Origin: Azolla caroliniana | Lineage: Eukaryota; Plantae; Polypodiophyta | Direction of reading: 5' to 3' | Length of the DNA stretch: 64,000 bases | Assembly: GCA_043228905.1 (NCBI GenBank) | Contig: JBHGNT010000014.1 | Location: 12,462,001 to 12,526,000, forward strand | In this document: in pieces, positions 21,707-35,600 of the stretch | Numbering within the stretch: the stretch's first letter is position 1 | Layout of the letters: each line of letters opens with the position of its first letter | Program-made: the position numbers and the translations under genes | The notes under the pieces: model-generated | Databases searched by the model: none | Seen by the model: the letters and a program-made list of their open reading frames with translations, nothing else | What the model was told of the DNA's origin: nothing

Positions 21707-23046
21707 CTCCCCCTCAAGCTCAACTTGAGGGTAGATCCTAGTGATAGTCTTTGTGGCAGTCGGTTCTTCCAACCGACTTCTCCTGGCATCACTCCGCCTT
21801 GCTCGAACTCCTCGTCCGGTCCGGTTTTGTCTGCCGCGACCCCTCTTGTTCTGCGCGCCTCGACCTTCTCGATCGGTATGTCTGCTCAATAGGCCCCTCT
21901 CAGCTCCTTCGCTGCTATGACTCCGGCGCTTGCCGATCCGTCGGTTCCTCTGCGATGGCATCAACTTCCGCTAAATCCGTGTCTGCTTAGCCTTGAATTG
22001 ATTCGATTCTTCCGAATCTGTCTTTTGAACCAAATCGACTGTCTCCGATCCGTTCCAGCTCTTGTCCGAATCAGTTGCTCCCGATTCGTCTTCTGGTCCC
22101 AAGCCCTTCACAACATCGAACCATGTCCGGGTCATCGTCTTCTTCCTTCGGTCGACTTTGTCCTTCTTGACTCTGCCGCCTCCTGTTCTTCCCTCACCGG
22201 CGCAATCGGCAGTCTCTTTGCCTTCGCCCGTTCCAGTGTCTTTACCCGTTCTCCCCCTCAACTGTGGCACGTCGAGATGCTGAACACCAAGCATTTCGGT
22301 GAAGTGCTACAACTTGTCCGATCCGAGTGGTTTGGTGAAGATGTCGGCAACATGCCGATCCATGTGATCATGCTGAAGTTCAACCTCAACGCTCAGGACA
22401 CGCTCACGCACAAAGTGATAGTGCACTTCTATGTGCTTTGTGCGAGCAAGGAATACGGGGTTCTTGGCGAGTTGCATGCTGCTTATGTTGTCGCAGTAGA
22501 CCAGAATCGGGGTTGGTACCTCGATCCGTAGGTCTTGCAGTAGTCGTTGAAGCCAAATGGCTTCACAGGTGGCAATGGTAGTGCCCCGATACTCAGCCTC
22601 AGTGCTCGACAGAGCAACTATTGGCTGCTTTTTGCTGCTCCACGCAATAGCCGCGCTACCGAGGGAAAACATGTAATTGGATGTTGATTGGCAATCTGAT
22701 GCATTGTTGGCGCAGTCAACATCCGTGTAACCGACGGGCTCTTCGGGTATACCGCGCCGGTATAACAGTCCCCGGTCCTTCATGCCATTGATATACCGCA
22801 ATATCCTTTGCGCGCACTGAAGGTGCTCCACGGTTGGCTACTGCATGAACTGACTTATCATTCCGACCGGATAGTTGATGTTGGGTCGCGTGATAGTCAA
22901 GTAAATAAGGCTTTCGACAATTTGTCGAAACCGTTGGTCGTTGCAGGCCGATCCAGAGTTGGGACAAAGCTTCTGGTTCTGGTCCAAGGGTGTGGATACA
23001 GGTCGGCATTCTGTCATGCTGAACTTGTACAACATATTCAAGACAT

Positions 23047-24630
23047 TGTCATGTGGTTTTTCACACACAATATGAAAACTAGTAAAATAATTATTTAAGA
23101 ATTGCTTAATGTATTCATATAGATAGAAGTCTTCAAGGGTTTCATAGCGTATTTTACTACGCATGAAACGTATAAACAAGTATCAAGCTATGTGAGTGTG
23201 AAGTTTGAAGAAAAAGAAAAGACAAGACAAATTTGTGGGATATCCCACATAGATAGGACAACATTGGAACCCAGAATATATAACGGAAACCAAAACATAT
23301 TCATTCTATCAATGTGTGGAGCATAGAATGTTCAAGGTGACTTGGGCTACATTATGTGGTGTGCACGCTTCGGGCATACGTGCGTGTGCATGGCCGCATG
23401 GACGTTTTCGGACGTACGCACGCATGGACGTCTTCGGATGTACGCGTGTGGACGTTTCGGACGGACACATGGACGTCTTCGGATGTACGCGTGTGGACGT
23501 TTCGGACGGACGCGTATGTGTGGACGAGCGCGCGGACGCGTGTGTGCGCACGCCGTGGATGCGTACACTATGGTGCAGTTGAGACTTTTGCGCGCGGATG
23601 CGTACACGGTGCAGGTTGGACGCGCGCACGCGTGGATGCGTACACTACGGCGCAGTCGGGACGCGCGCATGCGTGGATGCGTACACTACTACGCGGTCGA
23701 GACGTACGCACGCATGGACGTCTTCGGATGTACGCGTGTGGACGTTTCGGACGGACGCGTATGTGTGGACAAGCGCGCGGACGCGTGTGTGCGCACGCTG
23801 TGGATGCGTACACTATGGTGCAGTTGAGACTTTTGCGCGCGGATGCGTACACGGTGCAGGTTGGACGCGCGCACGCGTGGATGCGTACACTACGGCGCAA
23901 TCGGGATGCGCGCATGCGTGGATGCATACACTACTACGCGGTCGAGACTTTTGCGCACAGACACGTCTACGGTTAGGTTGCAATGCACGTACGGATTGCG
24001 CACAGGCTAAACTTTATGGATAATTGTGTCATTTGGCTGAATTATACGGACAATCGCATGCAACCAAAAGCCAAGGCCATGCAACTAAAAGTAAAAGGTA
24101 TGCATCTAAAAATGGAAGCATGCAACTAAAAGCAGAGGCCATGCAACTAAAAATAGAGGCCATCCAACTAAAAGTGGGCATGCAAAGTAACATTAGGGAG
24201 GAGGAGCAGGGACGAGCTCGATATATGTCCCATTTTTTCCCTCCTAGTTTTTTCTTTTCCCTTCTTTCTTCTTCCCTCTCGGCTTCGAGAAACAAATTAT
24301 CTCACATATTGATATCAAACTCCTAGCTTTGTTTACGGGGGCTTTCTTGTCAAAAATTATCTCTCGTATTCATATCGGACCACTCCTTGCATGGTTGTTG
24401 GCTCAATTCTTTGAAAAACTAATCTCTCATTTCCATACCCAACCCATTGTAATACGATTCTAAAATTATAAAGAATCGATTTTCTTTTGCAATAAACTAA
24501 TGATTTGTCTCTCCCACTTGTCTTATGCTTAAAACTTGCTTGTGTTGTACATGTTGCTCTAAATCCTTCTAGTCCAGAACCCCGGCGGTTCCGTCTCACG
24601 ATCCGCACATAGTGACGGATTTTCACGACA
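23047..24630 (+). repeat. G3 5' LTR (1584 bp) with internal 45-, about 245- and 21-bp tandem repeats
   Basis: Homologous to 29877-31012; GATGCGTACAC-rich repeats at 23400-23960; ATGCAACTAAAAG units at about 24057-24190. Confidence 0.92.
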
Positions 24631-24687
24631 TAATAAAGTGGTGAACCTGACGTGAAAGAGGCGGTAGGGAGGATATCAAGTGCAACG

Positions 24688-27600
24688 ATGGCTTCCACAA
24701 GCGGAACTCAAGGAGAGGAATTAACGAAAGGCATGGTGTCCGTAGTGGAATACATGCTGAAGGTGAGAGATCGAGAAGCTTTAATCGACAAAGTTGTTGA
24801 TCGTACGGTTGAGATAGCTGGACGATTTGGTGGCAAGAACATCACGGATTTTCTTGCTACCTATTGGAACGAGATGCAACAAAAGGATGTCAATGATCTC
24901 AAACAATTTTCTAGCTTCAAACGTGTGGTGGAACCAGGGATCCGCGAGCGCGTCATGGAGATCCAAAACAAGCATGCAACTTGGGCGGAGTTCGAAAAGG
25001 CGCTTCTCGCTGAATACATGCTTGAAGATGCATCACGGATGACTCAACATATGCTAATGTCTTGGATCGAGAAGAAAGGGAAGAATATGTGTGCGTCTGG
25101 AGTATATGCCGAATTCGACCAGAAGTATAACCGACTTCCGAGTGTTGATCAACGAGTTTTCGATGGAGATAAAGTCCTACTATTTCTGAAGGCAGTGGAT
25201 GCGAAAGATCGGCGAGAATTGGGTAACTTTTTGGAGGATGAAACACAACCAAATGGCTTAGTAGCAGACTGGGCGGCGGTGAAGAAGGCTTGTAGCCATC
25301 TTGATAAGCGCCGACAATGGCAAGAGGAAACTGATATGGAGAATCCACAATCGTGGAGGAAGGCGCCTATGATGATCGAGCCTAGCAAGCTGATCAACAA
25401 TTTCGACAAGAAAGCGATGGAAGAATTCATAATCGAAGAGCTCTCCAAGAAATTTGAAGTGGTATCGTTGGCCAACTTAGGTCGACGCGGGCAAAAGGGA
25501 AAAGAAGCGTATAGATGTGTGTGGTGCGACAGCTTCGAGCACTCACGAAGGGAGTGCACTGACTTGCAAGACGCGATTCGCAAGAATGTCGTCTATTTGG
25601 ACGGCCAACATGATTCACTCGAGCGAGACCTGAAAGCCGCTACGAGTGAACTTCGGAAGAGGCGGGCTGAAAAAGATCGTGGAAGAGGAAGATGCAAGGC
25701 ATGTGCAAGCCATGCACTACGCCGCATCGGTGGGAATACGAGTCGGAAGAGAGAATCTAAAGACGATCAAGCCGGGAGTTGGGTTTTGGCCAACGGTATT
25801 CGAGTGTGAAAAGAAAGGAAAAATAGATTTGGAGGATCTCAAACATGCTGATCGGAATGTGCGACGAGTAACCAGATGGTCGGATCCAGTCGACGATAAC
25901 ACAAGCTTTGCGGAGGTTGTGTGCGACAACTATGAGGCTCTTGTCGAAGAGAAGACAAAAAGAACCGGTGAAGAAGATGGCACCTCAAAGCGTCACAATA
26001 CAAGGAATGCAAGGAAAGAAGGACAAGCCCAACCTACGCCACAAAAAGAGATAGGAGAAACAAGCATGAAGCCCGGTGGATCGAGCCAACCTTCTCAGAT
26101 GGAAGTCGATGAATTTGTGAAGAAAGGAAAGGAACAAGTGGCGCCAACTTATAAGCTAAGGTCAAACATAGAACAAGCAACCAACTTGCAGAAGGTCCTT
26201 GAGGAGAAGGTTTTAGACAGTCATGTCGACCTTACTTTGAGAGAGCTACCTTGGGATCGCTAAGAAGGAGTTCCACGATACTATCGTGGACTTGATTAAA
26301 TGGAAGCGGCAACAATCGGATGAAGAAGAGGTGAAAACAAGTGCCATAACCATGGCAAGATCCGACGAGGAGGAGGAAGAAGAAGTGATGGCGGACAGCC
26401 ATTACTCTCAGCCTCATTGGGCAAGAGCGACAACGGAGACGCCGGTGAAGATCAGAGAGAAGAAGGAGACCGTGGTAGCCTTGATTGACCATGGTTCGGA
26501 GATCAACCTCATGTCGACCGAATTCTACAAGAAAGGAAGATGGCCGATCAACACAAACCACGGATGGAAGATACGAGCGGCAACGAAGGCCATGGAAGCC
26601 TCATTTAACGACACCATCGGTGAAATCAAGGAAGTCGTGGACTTGAGCTACCCTCACGATCAAAATGTGATTTCGGTTAACTCCGTCAACATGTACGCTA
26701 TCATCGATGAATATCATCGAGGCATCTTGATGGAGGAAGCTGAAGTCAACACAAAATATAAAACGGTGGATAAGAAGATCAAGCCAGTTGCGGTTCCGCT
26801 ATCGAGATAGTTGGCAGAAGATGAAAGAAGTTGCCAATGATCCGAGCTTAAGGGATCCAAAGGCAATAGGTCATGTCTTCACCAAAGAGACGAAAGGAAA
26901 GCTACAAGTTGGAAGGGAAGATTTCCTTCTCCCCGAAGAGGAGAGAATGTTCCGCGAAATGCTTGAGAGACATGGGAAAGCCTTTGCCTTCTCTCCACAA
27001 GAGATCGGATGTGCCGACCCGAAGATGATAGAGCCGATGGTGATTTTTACGGTGCCGCATGTACCTTGGAACCTCAAGCCGATACTGGTTCCAAGAGCTC
27101 ACATTCCAAAGTTGATTGAGCTTCTAAAGGAAAAGGTTAGGATGGGAATTCTTGAGCCATCCAATGCTCCCTACTCTAATAGATGGTTTACGGTGCCGAA
27201 GAAGATGGTTTACCCTTTATACAAGATCTCCAACCCGTCAACAAGGTGACGATCCGAAATGCCGGAATTGGTCCAAGCGTGGATGAATTTGCCGAAGCCT
27301 TCGCGGGAAGATCGATCTATTCCATTGGTGATCTCTACTCAGGTTATGATCAATTTCAATTGGCCGTCGATAGTAGAGATATAACGACAATGAGGACGCC
27401 GATCGGGTTGGTACGGATGTGCACCTTACTCCAAGGTGCGACAAATTCCGTAGCCCACATGGTGAATGCCATGAACAAAGTGTTGAGGGATTGTATCCCT
27501 GATATCACAATGCCCTTCTTAGACGACATTCCAATCAAAGGATGCTTGGTGGAAGAAAAAGATGAATCAAAAGATGACGATGGTTGCCAAAGATTCGTCA

Positions 27601-29810
27601 TCGATCATATAAAGGATAGCGAGAAGGTGTTGCAAAAGCTTGAGGATGTAAATCTCACGTTTTCGTGAGAGAAGTCCGCATTCGGTCAACCAGAAATATT
27701 GGTAGTAGGAAACTTATGTGGGTCTTATGGCCGGAAGCCATCTCCATCCAAGGTGAACGCTATTCAAGAGATGAAAGAAGAATGTGTGTCTCAAACGGAG
27801 GTGCGAAGATTCTTGGGAGCATGTGCATTCTATCACATATGGATTCCACATTATGCCCATGTCATTGAAGCATTGTATGGACTATTAAAGAAAAGGAAGA
27901 AGTTCAAATGGGAAGATGAGCATACCTACGCGATTCGAAAGCTAAAGAAACTATTATTGGAAGCTCCAGCACTGCGCAAAGCCGACTACACTGATGGTAC
28001 CCCGATATATGTGACGGTGGATACGAGCCCAACTGGAATTGGATGGGTGATAAACCAAGAAGACAAAGAAAAGAATCGGTATGCAATCTGATTCGGTGCG
28101 AAGGTGTTAAACGAAAGACAAAGGAAGTATGCTCAAGTAAAGAGAGAGTTATGGGGAATAGTATCCACGGTTAAAACCGACCGTGACTACCTTATAGGAA
28201 CAGAGGTCATAATCGAAACCGACTGTCTACCTATTCTCGGAATGATATCTGGTTGTGCTACACCGGATATTGCTATGTTGCGATGGATTGCCTATATCAA
28301 GTCCCTCAACCCCGAGATTCGGCATATAAATGGGAAGCATAATGTGGTGGCCGATATGTTCTCAAGGGTGAGGTATGAGGGTGAAGAAGATTTGCACTCC
28401 GACGAAGAGGATGTTGGCCTAAACTTCTTTACGGTTTCTTGTGCTCGGGTGCTAGCAGTGTTCAAAGTAGAAGATTATGAGGGTGAATTCATCGAAATTG
28501 GCAAATACTTAAACTCTCTTACAAAAGATGAATCATGGTCAAAGGAAGACTTCTACCGAATTAGGAAGAAGGCCTACAAGTTCTTCCTCAAAGAAGGACA
28601 TCTATGGAAGTTTCCGAAGAAGAAGAATGGAACTCCACTTCGAGTGGTGTGCAAGAAACAGGATCAACAAACACTAATTGCTGAATTTCATGATAGTGTG
28701 TGGGCAGGTCATCGTGGTATATGGGCAACATTTGCAAAGCTCAAGGAGAAGTATTGGTGGCCGGGTGTTTACAAAGATGTAGCAAGCTATGTTGAAACAT
28801 GTGAGCAATGCCAATTATACTCGAATATTCAACATAGGGATGAACTTCATCCGACATATCCATTATCAATGCACTATAAGTGGTTGGTAGACATAGTGGT
28901 TATGCCAATGGGATTGGGGCAAATGAAATATCTCGTGCTAGCAAGAGAGGATCTCACCAACCAAGTAGAAGGACGGGCGCTAAGGAATAAAACAACTTCA
29001 GCGGTTTGTAAGTTTCTCCTTGAAGATGTTATTTGTCGATACGGATGTGTCGGCAAAATAGTAGCCGATAGGGGAGAATTAGATGCGAATGAAGCTAAAG
29101 AGTTCTTTTCAAGAATAGGCGTCAAATTATCGCTCACCATGGCATACAACCCAGACGCAAATGGGAAGGTGGAACGAGGACATAGTCCAATTGTAAAAGC
29201 TCTAGCAAAGGCTTGCGACGGCAAGATGGGAAATTGGCCACGATTACTACCGTATGCATTGTGGGCAGATAGAACTACACATAGCACGACTACGGGATAT
29301 ATGCCCGCCGAACTCATATTACGACAAAAACCAATAATGCCTATTGAGCAAAGTGTTGCTTCGTGGACGTCTTTGCCATGGCAAGAGGAAATGAGTCGGG
29401 AAGACTTGTTAGCCACGACGATTCAACAATTAGAACGAAGGCCTGAAGATGTCGAGTTGGCAATAGAACGGTTGCGCCAAGCTCGATTGAAGAACAAGGA
29501 GAATTTTGATAGAAAGCATCGTCTTCGACAAAGAAAAATTGAAGAAGGAGATTGGGTTCTTGTCTATGATAGTAGTCTCGATAATCAATATAGCACTGCT
29601 TGAAAGTTCGCAAAACGATGGTTTGGCCCGTATATGGTCAAGAAAATAGAAAGCAATGCAACCTATTTTTTAGCGGAGTTAGATGGAACTCGACTTGCTT
29701 TGCCAATAGCAGGGAAGAGGATCAAGATCTTTAAGAGAAGAGAGGCCCCAAATCTTGAGATCAAAGCTCTAGATGATGTATCCTCGAACATCGAGGTTGA
29801 AGAAGAGTAA
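24688..29810 (+). pseudogene. G3 gag-pol (frameshifts, stops, internal deletion across the PR/pol junction)
   Basis: CVWCDSFEHSRREC knuckle, LIDHGSEINLM, PFLDD and INT core in ORFs 24652-29603. Confidence 0.92.
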
Positions 29811-29876
29811 TTAAAAAAGAGAAACCTCACCACAATTGGCACATACCGGTGGATGTGCAGGTTTGGTGGGGGTGAA

Positions 29877-31012
29877 TGTCGTGTGGTTTTTCACACACAA
29901 TATGAAAACTAGTAAAATAATTATTTAAGATTAGCTTAATGTATTCATATAGATAGAATTCTTCAAGAGTTTCATAGCATATTTTACTACGCATGAAACG
30001 GATAAACAAGTATCAAGCTATGTGAGTGTGAAGTTTGAAGAAAAAGAAAAGACAAGAAAAGATAAGTATCAAGCTACGCACGTGTGCAAGGCCGCCTGGA
30101 CGTCTTCGGATGTACGCGTGTGGACGTTTCGGACGGACGCGTATGTGTGGACAAGCGCGCGGACGCGTGTGTGCGCATGCTGTGGATGCGTACACTACGG
30201 TCCGGTTGAGACTTTTGCTCGCGGATGCGTACACGGTGCAGGTTGGACGCGCGCACGTGTGGATGCGTACACTACGGCGCAGTCGGGACGCGCGCATGCG
30301 TGGATGCGTACACTATTACGCAGTCGAGACTTTTGCGCACGGACACATCTACGGTTAGGTTGCGGCGCATGTACGGATTGCACACAGGCTAAACTTTATG
30401 GATGATTGTGTCATTTGGCTGAATTATACGGACAATAGCATGCAACCAAAAGCCAAGGCCATGCAACTAAAAGTAAAAGGCATGCATCTAAAAATGGAAG
30501 CATGCAACTAAAAGCAGAGGCCATGCAACTAAAAATAGAGGCCATCCAACTAAAAGTGGGCATGCAAAGTAACATTAGGGAGGAGGAGCAGGGACGAGCT
30601 CGATATATGTCCCATTTTTTCCCTCCTAGTTTTTTCTTTTCCCTTCTTTCTTCTTCCCTCTCGGCTTCGAGAAACAAATTATCTCACATATTGATATCAA
30701 ACTCCTAGCTTTGTTTACGGGGGCTTTCTTGTCAAAAATTATCTCTCGTATTCATATCGGACCACTCCTTGCATGGTTGTTGGCTCATTTCTTTGAAAAA
30801 CTAATCTCTCATTTCCATACCCAACCCATTGTAACACGATCCTAAAATTATAAAGAATCGATTTTCTTTTGCAATAAACTAATGATTTGTCTCTCCCACT
30901 TGTCTTATGCTTAAAACTTGCTTGTGTTGTACATGTTGCTCTAAATCCTTCTAGTCCAGAACCCCGGCGGTTCCGTCTCACGATCTGCACATAGTGACGG
31001 ATTTTCACGACA
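29877..31012 (+). repeat. G3 3' LTR (1136 bp)
   Basis: TGTCG...CGACA; shorter copy of the 5' LTR. Confidence 0.92.
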
Positions 31013-32671
31013 AGGTAATGTTGTTGTGACAGCAATATGTTGTCCGGGGTTTGAATCACCTCGATCCCTAGAAAATAATGAAGGTCCCCCAGATCCTTCA
31101 TCTCAAATGCGTCCGACAACTAGGACTTGACGCGGTTGATTTCTGGAACACCCGGTCCGGTGATGACTAGATCATCAACATACAGTAGTATACATACCGG
31201 ACCGGCTGAACCTTGCTAGATGAACAATGAAGAGTCCGATTTGGAGGCCACAAACCCCATCTTACGCAACCAGTGCGTGATCTTTGCATTCCAAGCTCGA
31301 GGGGCTTGCTTCAGGCCGTACAACGACGTGTTTGTCTCCGATTGAAAGCCGAGAGGCTGAGTCATAAAGACTTCTTCTTCAAGATCACCTTGAAGAAATG
31401 CATTCTTCACATCCATCTCATGAAGATGCCACCCCCTCGCCGTAGCAACCGCCAGCACCACTTGAACCGTCGTCATCTTCGCTACAGGAGTGAAGGTCTC
31501 GTTGTAGTCGATTACGTGGGTCTACACATATCCCTTCGCCACTAACCAAGCCTTGTACCGGTTAACTGAACCGTCGGCGTTGTACTTTACTTTGTATATC
31601 CACTTGCATCCGATCGGTTTACAGTGACGAGGAGGGTCAACCAGGTCCCATGTCTTGCTCACATCAAGTGCCTGCATTTCTTCCTCCATAGCGGCATGCC
31701 AATTTGTGTCCTTGGCCGCTTCTGCGTAGCTCTTCGGCTCACACACTTCCGCCACCTTATTCATGTACGCATAGTGATGCACCATGTACTCATTGTACCC
31801 GTACAATTTGACGGGATCCTTCTAGCGGGTGGACCGGCGTAACTCATCGTTACCCGGTTTGAGGCCCTTCTTGGCCGGTTCGGTCTTCATTGCCAAGATC
31901 CGCCTTTCTCCTTGCTGGAGTCGGACGTACACCAATCCGACTCATCGTTTCCGGTTTCGAATTCCTGCATCTTCTTCTTCCCCTTCTCTTTGCGCATGAA
32001 CGGTCTCCTCGGTTCCTTGCACGGGGAGTGCACGACAGAGTCTCCACTACTCGCCGGTTCCTCATCGGACTGGTCAGATTGACTCAGTCTCTCGTTCGGC
32101 CCACTCAACCGGAACGATTCCAGACTCTCATCCTAAGTCCACGCTTCATCATCCTCTACCTAGGCCGGTTCAGGATCACTAGCCTCATCCACCAGCATCG
32201 GGTCAGATTCAAAAGTCGAAGACGGTAAGGAGTACCACGATGCCGATTCATCAAACTCGACATCTCAACTAACTCAGACCTGCTTTGTCCGGGGGTTATA
32301 ACACTTAAAACCCTTTGGTTCTTGAGCATAGCCGACTAGGATGCATTTTTCCGATTTTGCATCCAACTTCCTCCGCTTCTCATCCGGTACATGCACAAAT
32401 GCAATGCTACCGAAGATCTTAAGGTGTCTCAAATTCGGCTTCCGTCCAAAATATAGCTCGTGAGCTGACACCTTGTCACCGATCCGGTTCTGGATGTAGA
32501 CAGTCGTTCGGACTGCCTCCGCCCAGTAGAATTTGGGCATGCTCTTCTCCTCCAGCATTGCCCTTGCCGCATCGATAAGAGACCGGTTCTTCCTCTTGGA
32601 AACACCGTTTTGTTGCGGTGTGTATCTGCAGCTGAACTCTCGCCGAATTCCCGTTTGCTGTAGATACTGTT

Positions 32672-35600
32672 TGTAAAAAGTAGCGTGCGGAAGCAAGTAT
32701 GAAGACCGAACAAAAGGAAGGAAACTCAGGTTTAATGGAGAGCTTGAGCTTACACGGTATACGCGGGAGAGACAGAGAGAGTGAGAGAGAACACAAGAAC
32801 TATCTTCAACAATAATACTCAATTTGTACATAAGACGTGCTCAGTGAACACTTTTATACAAGTCCTAGAAGGACTGACCGAAGTACTGACAGTACTTCAA
32901 TGCTCATCAAGAGCTCCTACACTAACTCCCAAATATATTCCTCACGGAATATCTTTCCTAACGACCTCCCGGTTTACGCACTCGGCCTAACCGATCGGTC
33001 CCAACTGATCCGGTCCTCGGCTTCTTCAGCCGATCCGGCCGATGTTGAGCTTGTCTCTCAACACTCCCCCTCAAGCTCAACTCGAGGCTCTTCGGGATCC
33101 TCAAGCTCACAGCTCTGGTTCCTCCTGGCTTCACGCCTCGCTCGCGCTCCTCGACCTATTCGACTCCGCGCGCTTCGAACCTTCCGGTCGGCTTGTTTGC
33201 TCATGCGCCCCTTATCAGCTCTTTTGTTGTTGCGGTGTTGACGCTTCTCCTGCTGCCTTTTCTTTCGCTTGGGCCTCGGTTGATTCAGCATATCTGAATC
33301 AAACATCCGAACCAACTCGGCTACCTCCGATCAGTTTTCGCTCTCGTCCAAGTTGGCTGTCTCCAACTCGTCTTCGGTCTTCTCATCCTCGATTGCGTCA
33401 TCTCCCCCATGCGTGGTTGGCATCGGCTCCCTCCTTCAGCTGCTCCCCTTCTGTCCACTTTCGAACTTTTCCGTGGGTCCGCCCTCGGCTTCTTCAGCCG
33501 TTCCGAAGTCGAACTCGACAACCAACTCGGTGTCGCGGTCTCCGCTCCTTTCCTGCTACCTTGCTTGGACTGTTCTCCCCCTCAAGTTCGGCATGTCAAG
33601 GTGACGCAATCCGAGCGCACCTGAGAATTGCCGCAACTTGTCCAGACCAAGAGGCTTAGTGAAGATGTCGGCAGTCTGCCGATTCGTCGACACGTACTGA
33701 AGTTTGACTTCACCAAAAAGGACACGCTCACGGACGAAATGGTAGTGCACCTCAATGTGCTTGGTCCGTGCGTGGAAAACGGGGTTCTTCGCGAGCTGGA
33801 TGATGCTGAGGTTGTCGCAGTAGATCGTCGTCGGATCTGACACCTCCACGTGCAGGTCCTTAAGTAGCCGCTTCAACCATATGGCTTCGCATGTCGCGAC
33901 AGCCGCTCCTCGGTACTCAGCTTCGGTGCTCGACAGTGCAACTGTCGGCTGCTTCTTACTGCTCCACGCGATCGCGGCACTCCCGAGGGAGAACGCGTAT
34001 CCAGACGTGGATCGGCGATCGGCGGCGTTGCTAGCCCAATTAACATCGGTGTAGCCGACCGCGGTCCGCGGTCCTTAGTGCCGCTTACGTACCGAAGTAC
34101 GCGTTGCGCACACTGAAGGTGCTCCTCGGTAGGTCGCGCCATGAACTGACTGATCACCCCGACCGGATAACTGAGGTCAGGTCGGGTGATGGTCAAGTAT
34201 ATGAGGCTTCCGACAATTTGTCGGAACCTCTTCAGGTCGCATACCTTTCCCGTATCGGGACGAAGCTTGACGATTCTGTCCAGAGGAGTCGAGACAGACT
34301 TACAGTCGGCCATCCCGAATTTGAAGAGCATACTCAGCACGTAATGACGTTGGCTGATCAATATGCCTTCGGGGGTACGGATCACTTCGATCCCGAGGAA
34401 GTACTGAAGGTCCCCCAGATCCTTCATGTCGAACGATGCCGCAAGCTGGAGCTTCACGCGGTCGATTTCACCTAGGTCGGCGCCGGTGATGACCAAGTCA
34501 TCGACATATAGTAGAATACTAACCGGTCCGAGTCGACCTTTCCAGATGAACAGGGAAGAGCCCGATTTTGACGTGACGAAGCCCATCCGACGCAGTTGTT
34601 GCGTCATCTTCACGTTCCAGGCACGTGGGGCTTGCTTCAGTCCGTAAAGGGACTTCTTCAGTCGGCATATTGCCGAGGAGTTCGTTCCAGAGTGAAATCC
34701 GGGGGGTTGTACCATGTACATCTGTTCCTCAAGGTCACCTTGCAGGAACGCATTCTGTACATCCATCTGATGTAAGTGCCACCCCTTGGCCGCGGCTACT
34801 GCGAGCAAAACACGGACAGTCGTCATTTTCGCGACCGGCGCAAATGTCTCATCGTAGTCGATGCCGTGTTTCTGCGCGTAGCCCTTTGCCACTAGCCGAG
34901 CCTTGTACCGGTTGACCGAGCCATCGGTGTTGTACTTGACTTTGTACACCCATCTACACCCGATCGGCTTCACACCCTTCGGTGCGTCAACCAGGTCCCA
35001 GGTCTCGTTCTCCGCCAATGCGTGCATCTCTTCCTCCATCGCGGCACGCCAATTCGCGTCTTTAGCCGCTTCTGCGTAGCTTTCCGGCTCACGCACTTCC
35101 GCTACACGGGTCATGTACGCATAATGATGCGCCATGTACTCGTTGTATCCGAACCGCAAAACAGGATTCTTCTGGCGGGTAGATCGGCGTAATCTCACAT
35201 TAGCCGATGTCGAGGCCTTCTCGGTCGACGCGGTCTTCACCTTTAAAGACCCTTCACCGGTTCCCTCGGAGTCCGACTCGCGTCGGTCTGACTCGTTCTT
35301 ATCCGTGCCGGAATCCCACACCTTCTTCTTCCCTTTCTCTTTGCGCGTAAGCTGTCTCCTCGGCTTCCTACGCGGGGAATGCACGGCCGAGTCTCCACTA
35401 CTCGCCGGCTCTTCATCGGACTGGTCGTACCGACACAGTCGTCCAATCGGTCCACTTAACCGGAGTGAAATCGGACTCTCGTCGCGGGTCTCGATTTCGG
35501 GCTCATCCGGAGGCATCTCGGCCTCGCTGACCTCATCGTCAGAGCTCGGATTGGACTTGGGGTTCGGAGTCGGGGGCTGGTACCAAGACGCAGACTCGTC

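Larger units (their letters stand above)
23047..31012 (+). mobile_element. Ty3/gypsy element G3 (G1 lineage), degenerate, inserted in copia C RT
   Basis: LTRs 23047-24630 and 29877-31012; Trp PBS at 24639-24656; PPT GGTGGGGGTGAA before 29877; flanks ACAT/AGGT (ACGT restores host HYVL). Confidence 0.94.

Noticed and set aside
23400-24190. CRISPR-like array (recurring GATGCGTACAC / ATGCAACTAAAAG)
   Set aside because: Eukaryotic LTR context; the 'spacers' are themselves repeated or too short; no cas genes.
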